DNA of 64,000 bases, taken from positions 848,911 through 912,910 of the forward strand of contig NMRA01000032.1 of assembly GCA_002633005.1 (NCBI GenBank), read 5' to 3'. Shown piece by piece: positions 25,001 to 35,700 of this stretch. Both the position numbers and the translations under genes were made by a program. A model generated the notes under the pieces. That model was given only the letters and a program-made list of their open reading frames with translations. It searched no databases and was not told the DNA's origin. This stretch comes from Phoronis australis (Eukaryota; Animalia; Phoronida). Each line of letters starts with the position of its first letter. Position 1 is the stretch's first letter.

Positions 25001-26084
25001 AGGTGGTGTGTACTATGGGCCGGTGGCCTTTTATGTATAAAGAATATACTGAAACAACGGATTGGTTAAATCTGGTACCATTAATCCCTTGGGTCGCAAC
25101 AAACACGGGTAGTTTGTGCACATCCAACTTTCACGGCATTGTTTTGGACTACGTATGTGATTCAAAGCGAGTATGATATTGTTGTGATGGTAGTTCTGTC
25201 GGAAAATAAAACTCAAGTTCTGAAGAAAGTCAAGTGAACACTAAGCCGGAGTGTGGATTGGGGTTCCTGACCGTATTTTTGACTTGTTGAACTGAGTTAG
25301 GCTTGTTTTATTGCTCTCAAAATTTTATGATTTTTCAGCCAGTGAGATCGTGCAATGTGCCTTTTCATTTTGTCGTGACCGCGCAGTTACACCTTTAAAA
25401 CACTTCTAATTTCTTTTTACAGTGTTCGGTCAAACCAATGCTACAACAAGTGCAAACATAACGTCAGCGCCAAACGTAACGTCAGCGCCAAACGTAACGT
25501 CAGCGTCAAACATAACGTCAGCTCCAACAACAACAGTCAATTCGACGTCATCAACAAACGTAACGTCAGTGTCAATAACCAACGAGACCTCTACTGGTGT
25601 CACAGAATCCGCGTCATCCAGTGCCACACTTTCATCGTCAAACGGAGTTCCTACAAAAGCGACAAATGTCGCAAGCACTTCAACTGCCGGGAAATCCGCC
25701 ACTGAGCCTGCCACTACGAATGGAGAAAACACCGACACCAAACAGCCGGTTCAAACACAGGCTCCAAAATCACCGACCCAGGCATCGAACGCAGAAGCAC
25801 CAACGTCTGAGTCGTCAACTGAGAACTCCGAGACCACTACAGAGCCCTTCACCACGACAGCCTCGTCTGGAAACCCATTTGGATTAAGTCAGGATGTTCT
25901 TCTTATGATTGTCATTCCGTCCAGCATTGTTGTGGGAATACCAATTCTTGCTTTGTTATTATGCGCTGTCAAATCTTGCTTCACTAAGGATGAAGTCCCG
26001 CCCAAGTTTTCATCACGAGTTAGTCCTATGAGTGATCCAAGCCCCGCAAACAGCCGGTCACGTGTCCTTCCAATGGTGGCGTAG
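13092..26084 (+). CDS. Two-exon, 242-aa type-I single-pass mucin-like (Ser/Thr-rich) membrane glycoprotein, no recognised family
   Basis: Exon 1 13092-13158 (ATG...GAA G|gtaagt) encodes the hydrophobic leader MYNMLSILVLCITVILSVNIRE. Exon 2 25423-26084 follows ttctttttacag in matching phase 1 (G+TG=V): VFG/QTNATTSANITSAPNVTSAPNVTS...; S/T/P-rich ectodomain with 8 NxT sequons; TM VLLMIVIPSSIVVGIPILALLLCAV (~25896-25970); 37-aa tail; TAG at 26082-26084; AATAAA near 26500. Exon 2 is well supported; the exon 1 link is inferred. Confidence 0.75.
16467..17238. repeat. ~190-bp direct duplication (16467-16660 / 17046-17238) enclosing a palindromic minisatellite
   Basis: Both copies read actggtaaagtcagcg.ccctgacctcagcgaatgt...ggccgtaaaatcgata; they belong to the element family also seen at 9300-10920. 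Confidence 0.85.
16841..17045. repeat. 38-bp minisatellite with palindromic GACCC-N8-GGGTC core and 76-bp higher-order dimer
   Basis: Cores at 16866, 16904, 16942, 16980, 17018 (exact 38-bp spacing) plus a partial core near 16845; cores alternate gtcgtgat/gcagtgat and spacers alternate cagttata.../tatctata.... Confidence 0.9.
18917..20314 (+). mobile_element. Kolobok-type non-autonomous DNA transposon (older copy)
   Basis: TTAA|aggagaatgccac left end; degenerate right end ggtgggcattctcttt; clearly homologous, in inverted orientation, to 46044-47083. Confidence 0.7.
20570..20800. repeat. Dispersed repeat fragment, second copy at ~30845-31050
   Basis: Shared core ttttagg.ttggc...gaagcgttttcttga.tcgc.gatagt.tcga.a in both places. 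Confidence 0.55.
23300..25045 (+). mobile_element. 5'-truncated, decayed non-LTR retrotransposon (RTE-X-like LINE): reverse transcriptase and C-terminal zinc-knuckle remnant
   Basis: Frameshifted/stop-interrupted RT motifs EQAGYRK..TADQIF, FIDFAKAFDSV, GVRQGCILSPFLF, LLYVDD, INMSKTDIMVF, YLG, then RLCKY...EDEFHFLTRC; 3' hairpin gggccggtggcc near 25017. Clade assignment is from recalled motifs. Confidence 0.85.
25454..25523 (+). repeat. 18-bp coding minisatellite (N-[VI]-T-S-A-[PS]) x4
   Basis: aacataacgtcagcgcca aacgtaacgtcagcgcca aacgtaacgtcagcgtca aacataacgtcagctcca; each unit carries an N-glycosylation sequon. Confidence 0.9.
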
Positions 26085-29000
26085 GACTGAGCAACAAAAT
26101 TTAAATTCCTGCACAAAATTCCTAATGAAAATTTTAATCATGGTATTTTAAAAATTCGGGCGTAAAAGCTCAAACAATGCTCAACTCAGAGAATGTAATC
26201 AAAACGCAATGGTTACAGACAAAGCCAAGAAAGCCGAAATACACAATTGTAACGAGCATGGAGAACCCGGAGGCACTCGAAAAGTCTAAGGAAAAACTTT
26301 GAGAATAAGAACATATCTGTGATAAACAACAAGTTGACATCTCAATGTTGTCAATATCAAACGGATCGGAAGTCATATGTTGCTTTGATTTCAACACGAA
26401 TGTGCGCATGAAAATACTATACCATTAACATTTTGAGAAACATTCCACACGTTTTTTTTTTAATTGATAAAAAAATCTTTGCTTCAGTTACGTGTAAAAA
26501 ATAAAAATAGTAGATTCGCAAAATGCCAAAAACTACACGAACAAATGGCTTCCGATTCTCGTCACGTCGTACTATTTCTGTATATGAACTGTGAATTTTC
26601 TTATTGTGGTTATAACGTTTTGTCACTGTATTTGAGGTTTTTACGTGCACCTTATTGATTACCATTGTTCATCGCATGGCGCCGTGCGGCAGGAGTGTCC
26701 GCCCGCAACCATCTGTCGTGACGTATTTAACTGCCCGGATGTTCCACTTAGAATATGATGTGGTGCCTACCACCTTCGTTGACAAATATTCTCTAAAATC
26801 CTCAATTTTACGCCATGAAAATACATATTTTTGAAATATTTACTGAACAAAAAATCAAATTATGTTCACTTAAATATGGCCTCGACATTTGTAGTCATGT
26901 GACCCGTGATTTCCCTACATTCTTTTTTTGTCGGAGACCATCGCAACTTCCTTAAAATATTTTTGCCCGAATGTTGGGAATTGTGTTTATTCGTTCTATT
27001 GTCTGAAAAGCACCTCTGGAATTTTGTTTTTATAAATTTTCAACGGAGACCTTGTCTTTCAAAAGAAATAAACACTCTAAATTTCCGAGAAAAATCAGAA
27101 GTCTTCATTTTTTAACAGTTTATATCTCTGGCTTAGATGCATTAAAAATTCCACAGGCACGTTTTCGGAGTGGTCAAACTGAATTCTAATGGTCTGAGGA
27201 CTGAATTCAGCGTCTGTGAATGAACGACGATCTCGCAATTTTTTTTCGAAAACGCGTTCACATGACAACATTCATTCGAGTGATCACTTGTTGTGCGCAC
27301 AATATTAACTAGTGCCAATCAAGGATGTTAATAATATTTGATTTTATGGCGTGATCCTGTGTAAGGTACGTATTCAGTTACCATTAATTTCACATCGGCA
27401 CGCAAAAATCGGCACGCAAAAAAGTAAAATGCAAGCCAAAACACCAACAGCAATCATGGTACAATCCTTTTCTTTAATTTTCAAAGCTTTATTTTTGTTA
27501 ATGAAAGATTTGGTGATTTTATTTCTCATGTCAGGCGTAGGCGGTTATAAAAAGTACTTAAATTGGTCTTAATAGCAAGCGGGGGTTGAATTAAAGTATG
27601 ACTGTGCAATACGAAGAAACTTATAAAACATTGAACTGCCAGGAAACCAAGACATCGAGATATTAAGTAAATGGAACGCCGTACGTGGCACGATTGCGTC
27701 AATCGAATCATGCGTCTGTGTGTAGTTAGGGGATAGACCTACCTTATAAGAACGTGCTTTGGTAGAATTTGCCTTTTGAAGTCTTTGGAGACGGTGTGTT
27801 GGTGAAGAATAATCTCACGTCGTCCGGAAAAGTTCATACCAACAGGTGACGTGTAACATCGCATTTTGCACTGAACATGTCTTTGGTTTAGAAAACTGCA
27901 TGGACCACGTTGCATAAACGTTGCAGTGTTTAATTTAATAATAATACCAAACTTTGATACTGTCATTAGCTAAACTTAAGATTTTACGCTGAGTACAACT
28001 TTAGTGGATAAAGTCTGGTGTTGACGTAGTTGTCCCGCGACTTTGCATATGTGAGATCTGCATTTTTTTGAGAAAACGATGGTAAGAGATCACAATGAGT
28101 CGACTTGTATTATTTATCTCTTTCTATGTAAACATTTTATCAGCATTCGACTGTTTTTAAGAATAACTTGCGACCGCAGGCGAATTCGTCAGCTAGAAAA
28201 CATTCTTTAAACAACTGTACGACGAAACAGTCCGCTGTAAAAACAATCCTGTTATGAATGTGAAGTCAGTGATACGTTATTATCCTTACCATGTACCAAT
28301 TTCTTGTTTCTTTGTTGGTGTACTTGTTTGAACTTTATTGTTTATTATTGAAAACGAATATATATATATATATTTTTATTGACACTGACATCGTTGTTTC
28401 AACTTTTAAAGTAATATTCATTCGCATAACAGATCTACACACCGCAGCAATCAAGTGTAACATACATGATTGCATTACTTATAAGGGTCATGCAAATTTG
28501 TAATTAACAACACATTAGATGCCAACCGTTGTCAGAACCAATTTAATGAAAAGACTATTTTCAAGGGCTCAGTCTTGTACAAATTAAACTTCTGGAAATG
28601 TGATTTACCTAACATTATTTCAACTCGGACGAGCTCAGAAATACGCTTACTACTTTATTTTGGGTTGTGTGCAGTTAAGGAACGTTACTGTTTTTGCGAC
28701 CGGAAAACGCATTGTTGGGATTGCCGTAGGATAGGATAGACTTTTTAAAGTTTTTACCTTTCACTAAGGGTCTGCTTTACAAAAAGACGACTTGACTTAA
28801 AAAACTAAGTCAGAAATTTTGTCTTTCGCTCCACACAGCCTGGTTTCTAAAAATTAGATCAAACTTGAGGTAAAGTGCAAAGTTCATGAGAATGTATACA
28901 TAAAACTAAGATAATTTGCATACATCACTTCTACAGTGTGATGCGCTCAAAGTTACCAGTTAATATCTTTATTGTATAATTGGGAATGAGGAGTGAAAGA

Positions 29001-31689
29001 CCAAGTCTCTGTCCAGACTTTGAGTCATTTTTCATGAAACAGAAACCAGAGTTGCATATACCAACACAGTCCGATGTATTGCAATAAATTTAAGTTGATG
29101 TCTGCTAGACATTCGGTAAAACCAAGACCGAGCCGGTGACTTTACAACTGAGATACATATGCTTAAATACTCCGCCAGTTATCGAATGCGAAGCCGATGA
29201 CGCAGCGCACTTAGAAACAATGATGAACAGACCGGCGTAAGCGTTTTTATGTAGTTCCGCTTTCGTTCACACAACCATATGCAGTAGTTTGTACTTGAAA
29301 TGGAACTCGAAGTCGAATTCGAAATATAGTTGACATTTTACGTTCACGAAGTCAAATACGTGTCTATATGTTTCTGTGATCGAGTATGTCAAGGTCTTTG
29401 CTGATCAGCGCTGAGTCCTAGTACGTGATGTCCCCCGGTGAGCTACAAACTCGAACTAAGCGTTAACGCTGCGGTCATCAGGTACAAATTAGGATTAGGC
29501 AGTCATCCGCGTAAGAGTACTTGGCAAGCACATAATGCGAGACACTTAGTCTTAAATTCGTACAAAAATGTGATACAAAATGTCAAAAATAATTTCTAGT
29601 TCGATTCAGGTACAAAGATTACATCTAATGAACTGGAAGGAGCTTAGAAAAATTGGCGAGCTCGGTCGCCGTTTACCGAGTACCATACGTACGGAAGGTA
29701 CAATTATGCAGCGTTTCATCACCAAAATACATTAAGAAACATTCTGTTTTGCATAACAGCCAAGTAAATCGAATGTAAATTTCATGGGATTGCGAAATTC
29801 ATGAGTTGGGTACTTAGACACGAGATGTGCCGTGTACTACAAATCCACTCGAAAATTCATGACAATGACTTCGATGAAAATAACGACACCCCACCGAGTT
29901 CCTCGATGGCAACCTTTACAATGGTTAGACGAGACATAATAACTGATAGTAAATACATATTCATCTAAAATTCATGACTAATTAGCGAACACTAATGCAG
30001 AAAGTCATAGAAATTTCACAACATCAATTAATGAATAGCAGGTCCAGGAGAGGTGCATCACCATTTGTAAAATGGAGGCAATTGAAATGCCAATTTGAAT
30101 CTATAGTCATGCCATTACGAGTTCATCAATAATGAAAAGTGATTATTACCATGGCCCACGGTCTAATCTCCGAACTCATCTACGGCTCAGACCTTTACCC
30201 TGATATCAATGGTATTAGATCTACTTGTGACAGAACAGTAACTCAGAACATTCAAATAACAACTTTAAACCAAAAAATCGTTTAATTAACCTAGGAAGCG
30301 TAAACAATCAGCACTTTGTTGGCATCAGTGCGGCAGAGTCTGGAGTTTCTAGCACAGAGATAATGGCCACGGTCTTACTGCAGCTAAAGTGCAGGTATAA
30401 ATATATATAAGATGGTATACTCATTCAATAAGAAGAGTATTAATTATGACAAATTGAAGAAGCGCTGGCTACATGAGAGACTGAAATAATTAGAAATCCT
30501 CAGAAATGAAATAGATGCAAATTTCACTCAATTCTTTGCATGCTTTTGTTATTTTTTTTGACCTTTCGCGGCATTATGTGAATCCCTATAGGGTTGAATT
30601 TCTGAGTGTAGAATACTGGAACCAATCTAGGCTACTGATGCACACCTAAGACCACTCCAAGTTCCCTGCATACCGCTTCGCCCTGCAGATAATTAAAAAC
30701 TGAACGAATTTTGAATTAAGCCACACAGTCAGTACGGCCTTACACCGCTGATAGGATCCCATGATTTCCGCCACCAACTCCAGTGACGGCAACAATGAGA
30801 TAAATAACTAATGTATATAGCTGTGAATAGAGGGCGCTATTTTTGGAAGTTGCAATTTTAGGGTTGGCCTATCACCGGAAATTCTGAAGCGTTTTCTTGA
30901 GTCGCTGATAGTTTCGACATTTTTTATGGCATCCGAAATCGAATCCGGTCACTGTAAAGAATATTATGAGACCAAGTTTATGATTTTCAATTTTAGCTAA
31001 ACAGTAAGAGCGAAATACAGCTTTATAACTCGTCATATTATTTCTGCATTGAACTTGAAGCTGGCGCTCTTATTACTAACCAAGGAGACTAACCGGAGAT
31101 TCGACACGAAAGCTCTCACGTGGAGAGTACCCATCGGCATTACACAAACTGATTACACACAGCAAATGAGGAATGATATTTTCAATTACTTGTGTTCACG
31201 CGTGGCTCACGACGGTTTGTGACGGGGGTTTGTGACCACGACGTTATGTTCTCTTTGGAAAATTACATCGGTCTGGTGAAACTCAGAAAACATGAATACT
31301 GGAACCAAATATTCATAACATTCAACTTCAGGCCATTTGCGGAGCATCAATAGGAATTTGTACTATTTGGCTTTAACTCAGTTTTCGTTTAGTAAGAGTG
31401 AATTTCCCCAGCCTAAGAAAATATAATACGACAATGTAAACAACATGTCGTCAATTCATTATTCGGTATTTTGAAATCAATTGTAGTGGTCTCCTGTAGG
31501 TGAAGTTCTTGTGACCGACCGCGAAAGTAAACTTGTAAAACTCCTTTTAAAAATGATAATAGGGGGTCTGGTGCACATTGCACTAGACGTTCGGAGGTGA
31601 TTGCTCCGACTCACTTAGAACCATTTTTATGGTTTATAAATACAGGTTTAAATCTTAGCTGAGGAGATGAGACCCAACTCGAGCAGTCC

Positions 31690-31770
31690 TCCCAGTGGGA
31701 CTCGAACTAAGAACCCACGACCTTGAATAAAAGTAGCGGTCATTTTTCCCACCAAGGCATTTCGCCTCCT
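31690..31770 (-). mobile_element. tRNA-derived SINE head fragment
   Basis: Minus strand reads ccgctacttttattcaaggtcgtgggttcttagttcgagtcccact (B-box GTTCGAGTCC), similar to 41885-41995. Confidence 0.5.
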
Positions 31771-32729
31771 CAAATTCCAATCACAACGTTTCGTCTCGAT
31801 CTGGTCCGTCTGCGATTCGTTTCGTGAGCTTTTCATAAAATGAAGCAGACAAGAGTCCTTATGACACAGACAAAAAGATGAACGTGAACGAAATGCAAAT
31901 AACACCCATTTACGCAGAGAAATAAACTAAAACTGCCCTACCAATATAACTGCCATCGACCGTTTGCAGCGACTTCCAGCATTTTCAAAGAAAGTGATGA
32001 TTATCGAAAAAAGCCTACAGCCAACAAGGGATAACGGGGAGTTTTAGCCAAATTACGCGAAGGCGCGTGTGCACGTGCATTAAAAGAGAGACAAGTTGAA
32101 GCTTGAAGAACAAATGCAAATATTACAGCAGTATTTGAGTGTAATCATAGAACATAGTTGTCTATAATCTATGATGTAATGATAAACTTCTCGTTTGACG
32201 TCATAGCTTGCAATACCAGTATACAGATAGACGCAAAAACTTTTGTGAAAATCAATTCTGGAAAAGGGCTTAAAATCTTATATTTTCAAAGGATTGTGAG
32301 GTTTGGCTATAGGTAGGTAAAAGATGGATGAACAATTATAATCTCTGAGAGAGCAATAAATTGTAATCATGTCCAATGTTTTAGCAAACTTGAAAGGATA
32401 TTATTTCTTATGCATTGTATTTCTGAAAAATGGGTACCAAAAAATCAATCAGCAAAAAGACCTAGCCAGCATCCAATAACCCAATAACATAGTAAAACAA
32501 AACAAAACAAAACAAAACACAATTTTCCATGTTTAAGCATGTTTATTTATAAATTCAATTGTCATTAACAAGACAAATATACAGACAATGATTACATCAA
32601 ATATGGTTGGAAAGCGTTCAGTGAATAACAAAATAAAATCACAGTAAAATTTAACAAGTTTTGCCATGGGAATAGCAATGGTGACCAATTTGAAAACAAA
32701 TTCACTGAATGAGACATCAAATGAATCTG

Positions 32730-35700
32730 TTATTTGGATTTAGCTGGCTTGGCTATGAGCTGTTTTTCTCGTTCCAGAGCTGCCTCTTTCTTTTGTTCAT
32801 TCATCAAGGCTTCTCTCTGTTTCTGTTGTTGAAATCGCAACGCCGTTTTCTGCAAATAGGAAACTATTGATTTAGACAACGTTCACTTGGTCTAGTTCGA
32901 CAGGAAGCAAATCTAAGTGACATTTAAACAGATAAATGGGAATGTTGGATTTGTGAGCAAATAGAGTCATCATTCTGGCTACACAGGACCACTTTGAGTG
33001 AGTATGTAAAAAAATTAAACGTATATTGAGTGCAGTTAAGAGGACTATTTCCTTGGTACATTCTGTTTTACACAATGGCGGAAGTAGAAAGTTTTGATTT
33101 AATTTTACGGTCACAAAAAACCAAGTCCTGACATAAGTCACTTCTTGCTTTCTACAGTTACAGTGTGATTGGAATAGAGCTTTTAGATATTATTTTTGGC
33201 TTCACAAAACACACCATTCTTATTTTATCTTATTTTGACTCCATTGACCCACTGATGCACTTAACATGACTTCAAAAAAGATTGCACAAGTCATGCAAAA
33301 TGTTTGTTCACAACTAGTGTGGCTAAGAGTCAAGATATGTATGATTTCAACAGAAATTTTATAGTTCTGATTCTGCTTTCATCATAAGAAATAATTCCAG
33401 GCAATACCTCTCCTTAGTTTTCCAGGAAATATCAGAATGTTTTCTTGGGGCGGGGCCTCATGGGGATTATTTCTGGCTTGTTAAACCACCTCGATATTGT
33501 TTAATCTTGGTTTCAAGTATATTTCTGGACTCCCAAAAGCACCAAAAATCTCAATTAAAACAGAACATTTGCAGCGCATCAGAACTAAAATCAACAAAAA
33601 ATCAAGAACAATATCATCTGATTGTTTAACAAGACCACGGCACAGCATTATATTCTCCCCATTAGGAATACATGGGTCAAATTTCACAAAGATCCACCGA
33701 AGAACTTGACATGTGTTCAGGTAGACAATTTGCCACAGTGGGGGACCACAAAAGCCACCTCTTTTCAAAAATCAGACATTTTTCCTCAATATAATCCCAT
33801 ATAAATAAGTGAGGAGATTTATTGACAGAGGCAGGTGCAAAAATGTTGAATCCATCCAAAATTAGAAAAGTGTTGTCATCATCATCTCAATAAAAACGCA
33901 TTTGCTAAATTTCATAAAAATACATCAAAGAGCTTAGGAGATACAGACAAAAGTGTAAAACAATTAAATTGCCATTAGGGGGCACAGACATTGTTGAATC
34001 TATCCAAAAGTCATTTTAATTCTTCATCTTCATAAGTACAAGTCTGTCAAATTTATACAGCAGGGGATGTCGCACAGATGTGGCATGATCGCTAAGCAGA
34101 GTATCTATACGTAGGTGCAAAAAAGGGCAAAACCATAACCATCAATCAGTTTACCATGACACCCAAACACACAACTTCAACATAAGCAAATTTTACCCAT
34201 ACCTTTAGTCTAGCCGCTCGATCATGTAATGTAGACATGTCACGTTTAATTGTTAGTAGTTTGTTGTAATAGGCTTTAGTTTTCATCATCTGAAACCAAG
34301 GCAAGGCACTAAGTGGAAAGTAAGTGGTTACTTAATATTTTCCAGCAATTCTCATAAAACAAATAGCTTGGCAGCTCATCTGTGCAAACAATGAACTGGC
34401 ACAATTGGAACACACATTTTTCACAATATGTAACATATTTAATGTATATAACGCATTCTTAAAGGGCATAACTTCACTGAAATAAGAAACTTACACACAA
34501 ACATTACACTAATAACAGCGGCCAAGAAACAGAAATGCCCATCACAAAGTGTCCAGGATAATTGACAATGAAATCAAATTTTTAGTAAAGATAATTAGAC
34601 CAAAACATTGGAATTAGCCCTTAAAAGAGTAACACAGTTCAAAAGTAAACACAAAAATGTTAATTCTAAAACCAAAACAACACGATTGCCGTTCAAAATT
34701 TTACACCGACGAAAAGTAAACACAAATGTTTGTTTAAATGAAATCGTGGCAAGTAAATGTTTCATAACTAAACAACAGAGAATAAAGATATACACAAAAG
34801 TATTATTAACACTTCATTTTAAGAGGCCGTGGGAATTTATGGCAGTCGGTGCACACGCTGTGTAGCATCCTATAAATAACCTTATTATGCCACAACTAAC
34901 GTGTAATCCACACTGCTCAAACATATTTACACGAGAAAAGTACATTACATGAGCTGAATGGAAGGTAACCTTGTTTCATGAAGCCAAGTCAACATTCATA
35001 CAAGTATGGTAATTCCACACTTATTTCGCATAAAAAATAACGGCCAAAATGGCCATTTTCCATTTTTCAAAGGCTGGAAACAAAGGAAACTTAACTAAAT
35101 GTTGTTTCATGAAACCTACAAATTACGAAACATATTTGTAATAGACTGAAATTTTCTTATTTTTTTGCTGACAAATTTGACAAAATAGAATTTCACTCGT
35201 CAGCCATATTGTGTGCCAACTCAGTGAAGATTCAGGGTCCCTCGCGAGTAGTTTGTGCCTTACCAACTCTTCCATTTCACGTGCAGCTTGGCATTCATCG
35301 AATTTCTGATTTTCACTGTATACAGTTTCTAACAGTATTCCTTGGTGTTTTCTGAAAAACCACTCGTTATTAGATTGGGACAAATGCACATACACTACAA
35401 GGCAGGGCAAGTGAATGCAATTTGGAGATACTTCATAGAAAATATGTTCAAACATGAAATTGAAAAAAAAAATGTTCACCAAGAGTAACTTCATCAACGA
35501 AAGTTCAACATTTTGTCTTGGTTAGTATTGACTGGCGTGTATATTTTTCAGCACTTGGTGTTATATTGGAAACCCTTTCTCTGAAAAAGGCACTGTGTCA
35601 GTCCGGATTTTCAATTTGTGGCAACAACCCCTATCCACAGTATTGAACGGAGTCTGCTGTGTCTGTAAATACGTACATTCACTCTCGTTCCCACACTCAA

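Noticed and set aside
25430-26116. Overlapping ORFs 25430-25741(-), 25597-25887(+), 25889-26116(-)
   Set aside because: Shadow frames of the low-complexity mucin exon; no independent start or splice support.
29611-29698. Possible isolated exon (ag|VQRLHLMNWKELRKIGELGRRLPSTIRTE|gt)
   Set aside because: Weak polypyrimidine tract and donor, no partner exons and no recognisable homology.
33300-34125. Possible Helitron/HINE-like element with decayed ~150-bp internal repeats
   Set aside because: Only faint recurrences (aaatttca..aa.at.ca) are visible; boundaries and termini cannot be supported by eye.
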